From positions 62,001-126,000 of the forward strand of contig JACPAV010000024.1 of the NCBI GenBank assembly GCA_016180645.1: 64,000 nt of DNA, written 5' to 3'. Shown here in pieces: positions 19,476 to 28,155 of this stretch. A program made the translations under genes and the position numbers. Origin of the DNA: Nitrospirota bacterium (GTDB taxonomy: Bacteria; JACPQY01). The notes under the pieces are model-generated. The model was not told the DNA's origin and did no database searches. It saw nothing but the letters and a program-made list of their open reading frames with translations. Within the stretch, counting starts at the first letter, position 1; the number at the start of each line of letters is the position of its first letter.

Positions 19476-19573
19476 GAGCCTATCCCAAAACGTATCGCGG
19501 ACCCCGCCGGAGCGGCAGAGCCTTTAGGCTCCGCGGAACCCGCTCCGCTTCCGCCGGGTTTTGGGACAGGCTC
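19476..19573. mobile_element. 98-bp MITE-like element with 16-bp terminal inverted repeats
   Basis: GAGCCTATCCCAAAAC ... GTTTTGGGACAGGCTC (15/16 match), too short to encode a transposase. Confidence 0.65.
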
Positions 19574-19662
19574 TGAGATCGACTTTTGGCATTTTTCCGT
19601 GCTGTGTGAACATCGCTCAGAATCTCGCTCGGATGGGAAGGCATCTTCAGACACCGCTCAAG

Positions 19663-19926
19663 CGATTCGTAGGGGAGCATCTTCAGATGCTCCCTCTTGT
19701 CGGGAGGGTTGTCGGGAGGGTCTGAAGACCCTCCCCTACGCATAATGACCAAACATAAACCTTTCAAAAAATGGCAAAAGTCGAGCTGAGAGCCTCTGAC
19801 AGAATGCCGATTCGTAGGGGAGCATCTTCAGATGCTCTCTCTTGTCGGGAGGGTCTGAAGACCCTCCCCTACGCATGATGACCAACATAAACCTTTCAGA
19901 AAATGGCAAAAGTCGAGCTGAGCCTC
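19663..19926. repeat. Tandem duplication of a ~120-135 bp unit, each holding a GTAG REP doublet of a second family
   Basis: GTAGGGGAGCATCTTCAGATGCTC...GGGAGGGTCTGAAGACCCTCCCCTAC at 19669-19739 and 19814-19872. Both are followed by the shared tail AAATGGCAAAAGTCGAGCTGAG. Confidence 0.85.
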
Positions 19927-20117
19927 GGGAGACTGTTTCGTTGACCCACTCGCATGCCCGGCGTACCCTCCTGGGATACTGCTCGCCGCACTTCTCGCGG
20001 ACCGCAGACAGCAATGTCCGTGTCCGGGATGGAGCCTGGCGTTCGGCCGCCCTTTCCGCGAAGGGCAGGCATCCCTGCCTGCGCGCAATGTCGAAAGGGC
20101 GGTTGACATCCTGTCAA

Positions 20118-20155
20118 GCCGGAGTGGCGGAATGGCAGACGCAAGGGGCTGAAAA
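20118..20155 (+). pseudogene. 5' half of tRNA-Leu (att-like fragment)
   Basis: GCCGGAGTGGCGGAATGGCAGACGCAAGGGGCTGAAAA matches 21689-21726 at 35 of 38 positions. Similarity ends at the anticodon loop. Confidence 0.8.
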
Positions 20156-20500
20156 GCGATAGCGGACAGTGAGTCAGTAGTACCCCATGTCACTGCAACG
20201 GAAGACGATTCCTCGGAGTCGTAGGGGATTGCGCTTCACGGCGCTGCAAGTTGCGCCGATACACGTTCGGCGTAGTTCGGCGGGGGGGTTCCGTACGTGC
20301 CGGAAGCCTGCCGGAAGTGGATTTCTCGCTGCTCCGCGGAAGGGATGCGCCGTGAAATGGCCGATTGCTGGCCCGTGGCGCGGTTTCATTTACGCGGCCG
20401 AGGATCGATCATCCGCCAGGCCGGATCGCGCCCACGCGCCAGCCGCCGGGGAAGGCGCTACGGCTTGACAAGGCCCGCATGATCGGCGCACCATTCAAGG

Positions 20501-20586
20501 GCCACGGGGGAGGCCCACAAAAGCCCACATAGCCCTGGTCCCCACGCTCCCCCGTATCCTCGCTGGGGGCCGGGGCGCTTCTTTTC
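20501..20586 (+). ncRNA. Candidate structured RNA (H-type pseudoknot with terminator-like stem)
   Basis: TTGACA(20465)-N18-CACCAT upstream. 20504-12 pairs with 20547-55 and 20532-44 pairs with 20564-76. U-rich tail. Confidence 0.4.
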
Positions 20587-20672
20587 GGTTCTCCTCACCT
20601 TGACTGGACTCTTACAGACTCGGTGCAATTCCTCCCAATGGACAAGGATGTACCATCCCGCACGGGGGCGGG

Positions 20673-20997
20673 GAAGAAGATGCCGACACGCGAATCGGTT
20701 TGTTGCGCAGGGAACTTCAACTTCACCCCCGGTTTGAGTTCAGGTTCAACAAGTGCTCCAAGGCGATCCGAACGGAGTTTCTTCGAGGCGTGGCTCGGTA
20801 CGAGTTCTTCTACGATGCCATCGCCGTCAACAAGGAGCCTGGGCAACTATGGGGAGAAGGGTTTAGGCACAAGGAGTCATTCTACATGTACACCTGCAAC
20901 CTCGTTTTTCAGAATGCGAAGCCGCATCTGGCGGATGCCGTTGTGGTCATCGATGGAAGTGGAAGCCGTGACTTCCGGCTTCAACTTGAGCACTACT
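20673..20997 (+). pseudogene. DUF3800-family protein, internal fragment
   Basis: FEFRFNK, GFRHKESFY, LVFQNAKPHL..AVVVIDGSGSRDFR resemble DUF3800 proteins. The N-terminal DESG motif and the C-terminus are absent. Confidence 0.55.
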
Positions 20998-21022
20998 CAG
21001 GCGGGGGTCAATTCCGAGGGCA

Positions 21023-21253
21023 TTATCCCCCGGCCGGCACAAAAACTTCAATGGCAGGATTGGGGATGCCGTTAGTGGGACGAAGCAGCGGTTCGCCCCC
21101 CGGACCCTTGATCTTCTCGGTGCGCAGAGAGGGATACGCAAGATCAACCGACACAAGCCTACAGGTTTTGACGAAGCGAACCTTGAGGCTTTTGTCCCAC
21201 GAATCAACCGTGTCCCAGGCAGACGGCGGCACGAGAATGTGTAGGCGAGACAA
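21023..21253 (-). pseudogene. RelE/HigB-like toxin, probably truncated
   Basis: YPSLRTEKIKG resembles the HPSLRT.K..G motif of RelE-superfamily toxins. It follows a small antitoxin-sized ORF. Confidence 0.4.
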
Positions 21254-21269
21254 GAACGAATCGGATCGG

Positions 21270-21452
21270 CTAGAGGGAAGTTCGGCGCGTCTTGCGGAGC
21301 ATGGCCCACTCTTCCGGCGTGAAGGCTTCCTTCCACGTGCGGTAGTGAATCTCCGGGAGCTTGTCCAGCATCTTCTTGATAGCGAGGGATTCCTTGAAGG
21401 TGCGCCCGTAGTTGGGGACCTTCACGGATTTTCTTCCTCTCCCGTTCTTCAC
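21270..21452 (-). CDS. Small basic protein, putative antitoxin
   Basis: GTG start with GGGAG upstream, 60 aa, directly upstream of the RelE-like ORF. Confidence 0.4.
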   Translation of the reverse strand: MKNGRGRKSVKVPNYGRTFKESLAIKKMLDKLPEIHYRTWKEAFTPEEWAMLRKTRRTSL

Positions 21453-21688
21453 GCTTTCAGTGTACTCCCGGCCCGGAAGCCGGTCAATTGAAAGGGGGAA
21501 AGTAATGCCAAGACCGAGACTCAACTTTGCAAAGGCGCTGGGCATGAAGCAGAATATGGCCCGTGCGCTCTCTGGGGAGAAGGCATCGGCTGAACCCGAA
21601 AAGGTGGGGTTTTCCGCGCCTACCGGAAGCCTACCGGAAGTGGAAAAGCTTGCTTCCGGGATGCCATCTAGCGCATTGATATTTCAAG

Positions 21689-21775
21689 GCCGGGGTGGCG
21701 GAATGGCAGACGCAAGGGACTTAAAATCCCTAGTCCCGTAATGGGGGCGTGCCGGTTCAAGTCCGGCCCCCGGCA
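21689..21775 (+). tRNA. tRNA-Leu(TAA), long variable arm, CCA not encoded
   Basis: Acceptor GCCGGGG/CCCCGGC-A, anticodon arm AGGGA-CTTAAAA-TCCCT, T arm GCCGG-TTCAAGT-CCGGC. Confidence 0.95.
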
Positions 21776-21925
21776 TCATTGAAGTGGATTTCGAGCCGAA
21801 GCGCCTTGCGGGTACGCCATCTGTGCGATGTGATGCGAATGGCGGTTCTCATGACCATGTCGAAGGGGCACCCAAGGTGATGGGTTTTCTGCAAATCGTC
21901 AGATACTTTTTCTGACCGCCCGCGC

Positions 21926-22273
21926 CTATCCGGCGAGAGTGAACAATGCGGATATCTTGCTGCTCACCTCCGCCTGCCTGCCGGGAGACAGAGTGCCCAA
22001 CTCCCTCCGAATTAGGCTCGATGACACGGTCATGAGGCGATGCAGGCGTACCGTGGACGCGACTCGCAGCCCGGTCGACGGAAAATCGGGGTGATCGGCG
22101 GGAAGCACGAGGTCGGTTGCGACAGGATCGGGCGGGATCCGACTGGTAATGAAGGCGATGATGACGTGTCGCTGGACGCCGATCGGATCAGTCAGGCATA
22201 GCGCCGGTCTGACCTTTGTTCCAGAGAGATCATCGAATGGGAAAGGGACGAGGACGATCTTATGCCGCGTCAC
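21926..22273 (-). CDS. PemK/MazF-family toxin
   Basis: IVLVPFPF.D....KVRPAL, AFITS and TGLRVAS.VR motifs. Confidence 0.9.
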   Translation of the reverse strand: MTRHKIVLVPFPFDDLSGTKVRPALCLTDPIGVQRHVIIAFITSRIPPDPVATDLVLPADHPDFPSTGLRVASTVRLHRLMTVSSSLIRRELGTLSPGRQAEVSSKISALFTLAG

Positions 22274-22502
22274 GGAACGGCTTCCCGTCGGCAGGATCGT
22301 AGATATCCTCGGCCGGATCCTTCAGGAAGTCGAAGGCTTCGTTCGCCGACGCACTCCGGAGCCATGCGGATTCTGGCAGATCGTCGTCCTTCTCTCGTAG
22401 GCCTTCGACGGTGACGTAGACGCGCGCCTGCTCCGCGAGCGGCAACGGCTTGGACAGCCTGAGCGTCCCGTTTTCGTACACGGCTTCCGTTTTCCGTTTC
22501 AT
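22260..22502 (-). CDS. Antitoxin (AF2212/DUF104-like)
   Basis: EAVYENGTLRL.KPL.L N-terminus, acidic FLKDPAEDIYD tail, overlaps the toxin start. Confidence 0.8.
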   Translation of the reverse strand: MKRKTEAVYENGTLRLSKPLPLAEQARVYVTVEGLREKDDDLPESAWLRSASANEAFDFLKDPAEDIYDPADGKPFRDAA

Positions 22503-22693
22503 GAGAATAGGATACGACCACCGGTGTGGGAAAGCAATGACAGCAACGAAGCGTTCACTTAGACTGAAAGATACTTGCCTCTAGAGAAACGCTCCTCCAC
22601 AACCCATTTCGACACGACCGGTGGCTTTCCGGCATACACTCTAATGTCAAGATGCGGCCCTGATTCCGACCCGCTCGCCATTCCGGAGTTCTG

Positions 22694-24979
22694 ATGGTTC
22701 CTCGTGCTCTGTGGCTGCTACCAGAGAGAGACAAGTCGCCTTCCCAAATCATATACCGTGGCCAGACGGGCACCCCTCGTCGATGGGAAGAGCCCAATAT
22801 TCTTCGGGCGAGATATTTGGGGCCTAGTGATGCCAAGGAGCTCCGCTCGATCTTGGATATCGGCAGGGGCAGGGCCCCCGCGCTGTTCCTCTCGATTGAG
22901 GAGCGTTCCGACGGTGCAAGAACAGGTGTTCTCTACGGGTGGCTCTCCGAAGAGGCGCTTAGATGGCATACTGGGAGTCAGTGGAAGGAGTCTGTCGGTG
23001 CGATGAAGTATGTGTCGCAGGACAGGAACGGGCCTTGGCAGTGGGAAATTGATGAGCGATCAGGCCGACAGGGATTTGTAGCGTTCTCCGGGCGGAGGGG
23101 AATGTGTCGGGTGTTGAGGGTCGAGACGCATGCAGAGGGTTACCCGGTTTTCATCCTCGGCCCGCCTGGGTTGGAATCGGACCACTCCGAAGCAAGACAT
23201 TCTGGCGGGGAAGTGAGTAGGGATGGTGGGTTCGAGCCGGAGGAGCAATTGCAGGTCATGATTAGTTCAACGATTGGAGACTTGGAGAAGGACCGAGAGA
23301 TCGCTGAACAAGTTGTGAAGCAGCTTGGACACAAGGTGTTCAGAAGCGACAGGGAACATGCTCGACCCCAATCGTCGGTGCAGGTGTGTATCGAGAAGTC
23401 GCAGGGGTGCGACATTTACGTAGGGATACTCGGTGCCCAGTATGGTTCGTTCGTTCCGGATCGACAGGTCTCGTTCGTGGAAATGGAGTTTGATGAGGCC
23501 CAGGGCTCAGACCCGACGAAGGTACTGATCTTTGCTAGAAACATGCCGGCCGCTGATGATCGTCAGAAGGCGTTCAGGGACCGAGTGCTCCAAGGCCCGA
23601 AGGGGTATTTCGCAACCATGTACCAAGCACCAGAGCAACTTGAGCGGTCGATTCGTGGGGCGCTCGTTGATTGGATTGCCAAACGTGTTAGGGCGACGGC
23701 CCAGAAGGGGCGTCTGGGAGGAGGTGACGCGGTCCAGGGGGTGCCGCTTCCCGTGGTCGCCTCCGCAGGCTCACTTCCTGCGCTTGAGGTGAAACACGAG
23801 CTTGAGGGACATGGAGTTTCCCGGGGTCCGGAAGGCACAGCGTACAACCTCTACGTCAAGCTGGGGGTTCACAACCCTCACCTGGGCGTCACAGCGAGGA
23901 GCGCCTTGGTCCGCTATGGGTGCAAGTCGCATCACAGACTGGACATGGACGGCGGTGTCGACGGGAACGGCCAATTCCCCTTCCCGCGGGTCCCTGGGAC
24001 GTCGGACCAATTCGAGGATGATGGACGTCACCCCATTCGAGGTGGCCAGACGCGGTGGGTCATCCGCATTCCGGTGGAAGTTCGTGAACCGGCAATGGCG
24101 GTTGAGGATTTCGAAGTGGAATTTGATGTAACGGCGGAGGGGTTTGGGCGTGCAGAAGGTCGTCTGACCGTTCCCAGGGGTGAGATCTTGAAACTCATTG
24201 AGGAGAATTATGGGGGTCCAAAGAAAGAATCGCTGAGTGAGGAAAGGCCGTTCGTTTGGTATAGCTTTCTTGTTTGCCCTGCGGGGGAGTTCTCATTTGC
24301 AACGCTCGCGCGGCTTCATGATGCTATCAAGGTGGCCAAGTTTGCGTTCAGAGGAGGCGATTCTTCTTCCAGGCGGATCACATTTCCCCCAGGCCGGATC
24401 ACTGCGATCGGGGGTGGGAAATCGATCTCCTGGTCCCATTCGGTGACCGACACGGACGTTCAATCCAGGATGACGTTTGAGTGCGAGGCGACGCTGGATG
24501 GCTCGTTTCGTTTTGTTGTGCAGGAGGAGCCGATCGACCAGAGCCATGGGAGGAAGGATGTTATCCCGGTCCGAGTGGCCACGATTCTGTCCTATAGCCT
24601 GCTGGTGCTGGTCCTTGCAGATCGACTCTTTCCCCGATTGCGTACGGAGAAGTTGGAGCTGGATCTGACAGTGGAAACCGCCGGACCTTGCCCGTTGGAT
24701 ACGCTGCCTTTCGAAGCCATGGCCACATCGGCCATGTTGCACGTGGCAGATCGGCGCGATCTCAGGTCGAGGGTACGGATTCCCCGCAAGATGATACGTA
24801 GTAGGGACGCGTTGGAAAACGGTGAAGGAGTGGAATCGCTAAAGGATCTGCTGGATGGCATCACCAATGCGTTTCAATCAAGCACCGGACTCGCAAGTGT
24901 GAGTAGCGAGGACCTCCATCAAGAGGTGAAGCGCTTTCTGGATGGAGTGGTGCGAGGGGACGGTAGCCGTGGAGCGTAG
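22694..24979 (+). CDS. DUF4062 (TIR/nucleoside deoxyribosyltransferase-like) domain protein, candidate defence gene
   Basis: VMISST..DL..DR, CDIYVGILG.QYG and SFVEMEFDEA motifs at about 23250-23680. The start codon is uncertain. Confidence 0.65.
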   Translation: MVPRALWLLPERDKSPSQIIYRGQTGTPRRWEEPNILRARYLGPSDAKELRSILDIGRGRAPALFLSIEERSDGARTGVLYGWLSEEALRWHTGSQWKESVGAMKYVSQDRNGPWQWEIDERSGRQGFVAFSGRRGMCRVLRVETHAEGYPVFILGPPGLESDHSEARHSGGEVSRDGGFEPEEQLQVMISSTIGDLEKDREIAEQVVKQLGHKVFRSDREHARPQSSVQVCIEKSQGCDIYVGILGAQYGSFVPDRQVSFVEMEFDEAQGSDPTKVLIFARNMPAADDRQKAFRDRVLQGPKGYFATMYQAPEQLERSIRGALVDWIAKRVRATAQKGRLGGGDAVQGVPLPVVASAGSLPALEVKHELEGHGVSRGPEGTAYNLYVKLGVHNPHLGVTARSALVRYGCKSHHRLDMDGGVDGNGQFPFPRVPGTSDQFEDDGRHPIRGGQTRWVIRIPVEVREPAMAVEDFEVEFDVTAEGFGRAEGRLTVPRGEILKLIEENYGGPKKESLSEERPFVWYSFLVCPAGEFSFATLARLHDAIKVAKFAFRGGDSSSRRITFPPGRITAIGGGKSISWSHSVTDTDVQSRMTFECEATLDGSFRFVVQEEPIDQSHGRKDVIPVRVATILSYSLLVLVLADRLFPRLRTEKLELDLTVETAGPCPLDTLPFEAMATSAMLHVADRRDLRSRVRIPRKMIRSRDALENGEGVESLKDLLDGITNAFQSSTGLASVSSEDLHQEVKRFLDGVVRGDGSRGA

Positions 24980-25188
24980 TTGGAGTATTGGCTGATGGGG
25001 TCAAGCTTAATCCTATCACCATTCGTAGAGGCTTGAGGGGGACTTGGCGCCAATTCTCGCGCATCCGCTTCTGAACTTCGTCGGGATACGTCGTAAATCT
25101 GCTGCCCTCGATGAGGCCTGGGGCGATGCAATTGAAGGGTCGCCCGCTTCCAAGTCCCGGGCCAAACTGGTAGGCTGATCCGGTCGAT

Positions 25189-25998
25189 ATGCGCGATATT
25201 CAGCGCAACGAGCTGGGGCGAACGGGGATCAAGGTCTTTCCGCTGGGACTCTCCGCCACCTACCGTCCGGGGAAGGATACGGTGTTCAAAGCCTTGGACG
25301 AGGGCGTCAACCTCTTTTTCTGTTTCGGCTTCGATTCCCACATGATCAAGGTCCTCCGCGGGCTGTCTCATGATCATCGTCATGACGTTGTGATCGCCAC
25401 GGGGGCGTACAATCTGCTCTGGGGCCATCCCAATCTCCGTCGAACGCTGGAGAAACGGCTCCGGCAGCTCCGGACGGATTACATCGATCTGTTCCTGTTT
25501 CTGGGCGTGACAAAGCCGAAACACCTCACGGATGATGTGCGCGAAGAGATGGCCCGCTTTCGTGAGGAAGGGAAGGTGCGCGCGATCGGCATCTCCACGC
25601 ACAACCGTCCCTTCGCAGGTCAGCTATGTGCGAACGGAGCCTTGGACGTCATCATGATGCGCTACAATGCAGCCCATCGCGGCGCGGAGGAGGACATTTT
25701 TCCCCACTTGGGCGTCCACGACCCGGGGGTGGTGGGCTACACGGCCACGCGGTGGAGGTATCTGATGCGCAGACCGACGGCCTGGCCATCGGAGGGACGC
25801 ATTCCGACGGCGGGGGAGTGCTATCGTTTCGTTCTGTCCAATCCCAATGTAGATGTGTGTCTCACGGCTCCTCGGAATCGCAAGGAATTGGGCGAGAACC
25901 TGGCCGCCGTGCGCCGCGGGCCATTGACGGACGATGATCTCGGGTTCATGCGGCAGTTCGGCGACGCCGTGCACCACACGAAGAAATGGTTCATGTGA
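25189..25998 (+). CDS. Aldo/keto reductase
   Basis: LGRTGIKV, LRQLRTDYIDL and GKVRAIGISTH motifs. Confidence 0.9.
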   Translation: MRDIQRNELGRTGIKVFPLGLSATYRPGKDTVFKALDEGVNLFFCFGFDSHMIKVLRGLSHDHRHDVVIATGAYNLLWGHPNLRRTLEKRLRQLRTDYIDLFLFLGVTKPKHLTDDVREEMARFREEGKVRAIGISTHNRPFAGQLCANGALDVIMMRYNAAHRGAEEDIFPHLGVHDPGVVGYTATRWRYLMRRPTAWPSEGRIPTAGECYRFVLSNPNVDVCLTAPRNRKELGENLAAVRRGPLTDDDLGFMRQFGDAVHHTKKWFM

Positions 25999-26114
25999 GC
26001 GGCTCTCGCGCCAACTCCTGAATCTTCACCGAACAGATCCCCTCTGGCGTGGTTTGACATAAGGACCGGGCGGGTCTACGACTCTCAGGAACCGCATTTC
26101 AAGGGAGGTGTCTC

Positions 26115-26975
26115 ATGGCGAACATGAATCCGCAGGAAATGATCGCGGCGCAGAGGGAAGAGTGGACCCGCGTGGCTCCGGCGTGGGAGAAGTGGGATGA
26201 GGTGTTCGATCGGAACACGTCGTTCGTCAACTACAGACTACTGGCGGAGGCCCGCCTTCGACCGGGCTACCGCGTCCTGGATCTTGGCTCCGGCACGGGC
26301 TACCCGGCGCTCTTGGCGGCCGAAGCGGTGGGCCCGACGGGATCCGTGATCGGCCTCGATCTCTCAGAAGCCATGCTGAACGTTGCCCGCCGTAAGGCGA
26401 ACGCCAAAGGCCTTGCCAATGTTGAGTTCAGAACGGCCGATGTGTGTGCGCTTGATTTCGATGACGGATCCATCGATGCCGTGACGAGCCGTTTTTGCCT
26501 GATGTTCCTTCCGGATGTTTCCAAGGCCGCAAGGGATATCGCGTGCGTGCTGCGACCGGGCGGATATGTAGCGGCCGCCGTCTGGTCGGCGCCCGAAAAG
26601 AATCCGATGACCTCCACGCCGATGGGTGTGCTCAGGAAAATGATGACGCTGCCCCCGCCCGATCCGAACCAACCGGGTATTTTCAGGCTGGCGAAACCGG
26701 GCGATCTCCGAGGGATCATGGAATCGGCCGGTTTGGAAGTGGTGTCGGAAGATGAGACCGAGGGGGAATCGTTGTTTGATTCGGTGGACGAATACTTTCA
26801 GGCCCTCATGGAGATTGCGGCGCCCCTCCAGACGCTGTTCGCGAAGCTCACCGCGGAGCAGCGGGGAACGGCGGAATCGGAGATCAAGCAGTTGATTTCG
26901 AAGTACCGAAGGAATGGCAACGTGGCGCTACCGACGGCCGTGCGAGTCGTCGCCGCTCGAAAGCGGCTGGTGTGA
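26115..26975 (+). CDS. Class I SAM-dependent methyltransferase (UbiE-like)
   Basis: VLDLGSGTG, GLDLSEAML, LRPGG motifs and a GGGAGG RBS. Confidence 0.9.
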   Translation: MANMNPQEMIAAQREEWTRVAPAWEKWDEVFDRNTSFVNYRLLAEARLRPGYRVLDLGSGTGYPALLAAEAVGPTGSVIGLDLSEAMLNVARRKANAKGLANVEFRTADVCALDFDDGSIDAVTSRFCLMFLPDVSKAARDIACVLRPGGYVAAAVWSAPEKNPMTSTPMGVLRKMMTLPPPDPNQPGIFRLAKPGDLRGIMESAGLEVVSEDETEGESLFDSVDEYFQALMEIAAPLQTLFAKLTAEQRGTAESEIKQLISKYRRNGNVALPTAVRVVAARKRLV

Positions 26976-27844
26976 TCGACGCCCGTGGCCGGGTGGAACC
27001 CACGATGACGGGGAAGACCTGCATAGTGACTGGCGCCAATTCGGGGGTGGGGTACTTCACCGCCCTGGGGCTGGCGAAGACAGGCGCACGGGTGGTGATG
27101 GTCTGTCGAAGCCGCGAGAGGGGCGGAGAGGCTCTGGATACGATCCGCAAGGAGACGGGGAGCAAGTCCGTTGAGCTGATGATCGCCGACTTTTCGTCCC
27201 AAACCTCCATTCGGACATTTGCCGGGGAGTTTGTGAAACGTCATCCGCGGCTTGACGTGCTGATCAATAATGCCGGAATCATCGCGGGTCCTCGGGTGGT
27301 GACCCCGGAAGGGTTGGAGTACACCTTCGCGCTGAATCACATCGGATACTTTTTGACGACAGCACTGTTATTGCCCCACCTGAAGAAAAGCGCGCCGGCG
27401 CGGATTATCAATGTGGCGTCGGAGGGCCACCGGATGGGGCGGATTCGTTTCGACGATCTCCAGATGGAGCGGGGATACACGGCTATGAAGGCGTATAACC
27501 AATCGAAGCTGGCGAACGTCCTTTTCACTTACGAATTGGCGCGGCGGCTGGAGGGAACCGGTATCAGCGCCAACTGCCTGCACCCCGGCGCGGTGGGTTC
27601 CAATTTCGGCGGCACTTCCGTGTGGTGGATGCGGGTCGGGATGAAACTCGGGAAGCCGTTTCTGTTGACGCCTGAGAAGGCGGCGCGCGGGCCCGTCTAC
27701 CTGGCGACTTCCTCGGAGGTGGCGAACGTGACCGGTAAATATTTCTGGAACAAACGCGTCATGCCATCGTCGGGGCGATCCCATAATAATGAAGATGCAG
27801 GAAAGTTGTGGGAGGTGAGTGAGAGGTTGGTGGGGGTGAGATAA
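26972..27844 (+). CDS. Short-chain dehydrogenase/reductase (retinol-dehydrogenase-like)
   Basis: TGANSGVG, NNAG, YNQSK and LHPG motifs. Alternative ATG at 27005. Confidence 0.9.
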   Translation: MIDARGRVEPTMTGKTCIVTGANSGVGYFTALGLAKTGARVVMVCRSRERGGEALDTIRKETGSKSVELMIADFSSQTSIRTFAGEFVKRHPRLDVLINNAGIIAGPRVVTPEGLEYTFALNHIGYFLTTALLLPHLKKSAPARIINVASEGHRMGRIRFDDLQMERGYTAMKAYNQSKLANVLFTYELARRLEGTGISANCLHPGAVGSNFGGTSVWWMRVGMKLGKPFLLTPEKAARGPVYLATSSEVANVTGKYFWNKRVMPSSGRSHNNEDAGKLWEVSERLVGVR

Positions 27845-27860
27845 GAGACTTCCTTCGATG

Positions 27861-27925
27861 GACGCGGGCTGAAGCCCGCAGCCACCAAGATGCAGATCAG
27901 GGGTAGGCGCAGGCTTTAGCCCGCG
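27861..27925. repeat. Two single REP units related to the 58-bp element
   Basis: GACGCGGGCTGAAGCCCGCAGCCACC and GGTAGGCGCAGGCTTTAGCCCGCG. Confidence 0.7.
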
Positions 27926-27949
27926 GACCTTCCATGGTCCGTCCGGTGG

Positions 27950-28068
27950 TCTTGGCAGCGACCTACTCTCCCATCCACCTAAGGCGGATAGTATCATCGG
28001 CCCTGAGGAGCTTAACGACCGTGTTCGGAATGGGAACGGGTGTTTCCCCCTCGGCATGACCACCAAGA
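27950..28068 (-). rRNA. rrf: 5S rRNA, stand-alone gene
   Basis: The reverse strand contains the conserved CCCGTTCCCATTCCGAACACGG and GGGAGAGTAGGTCGCTGCCAAG segments. Terminal helix TCTTGG/CCAAGA. Confidence 0.95.
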
Positions 28069-28100
28069 CCACCTGACGGACCATGGGCCGAGCGCCGCTC

Positions 28101-28128
28101 TGTATAGCACGTCCCACGATATTTGCAA
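28101..28128 (-). promoter_or_regulatory. sigma70-type promoter of the 5S gene
   Basis: TTGCAA-N16-TATACA with an extended -10 TG and a GC-rich discriminator. Confidence 0.65.
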
Positions 28129-28155
28129 GACGCCGCCGGCGGAGGGGCGCCGGGG

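Noticed and set aside
19663-19926. Possible CRISPR array
   Set aside because: Only two long units with near-identical intervening sequence, GTAG REP structure, and no cas genes.
20118-21775. Split or intron-containing tRNA, or a Leu-bodied tRNA with a GAA anticodon
   Set aside because: The downstream tRNA is already complete. The fragment would give an A:C acceptor mismatch, and no group I/II intron features are visible.
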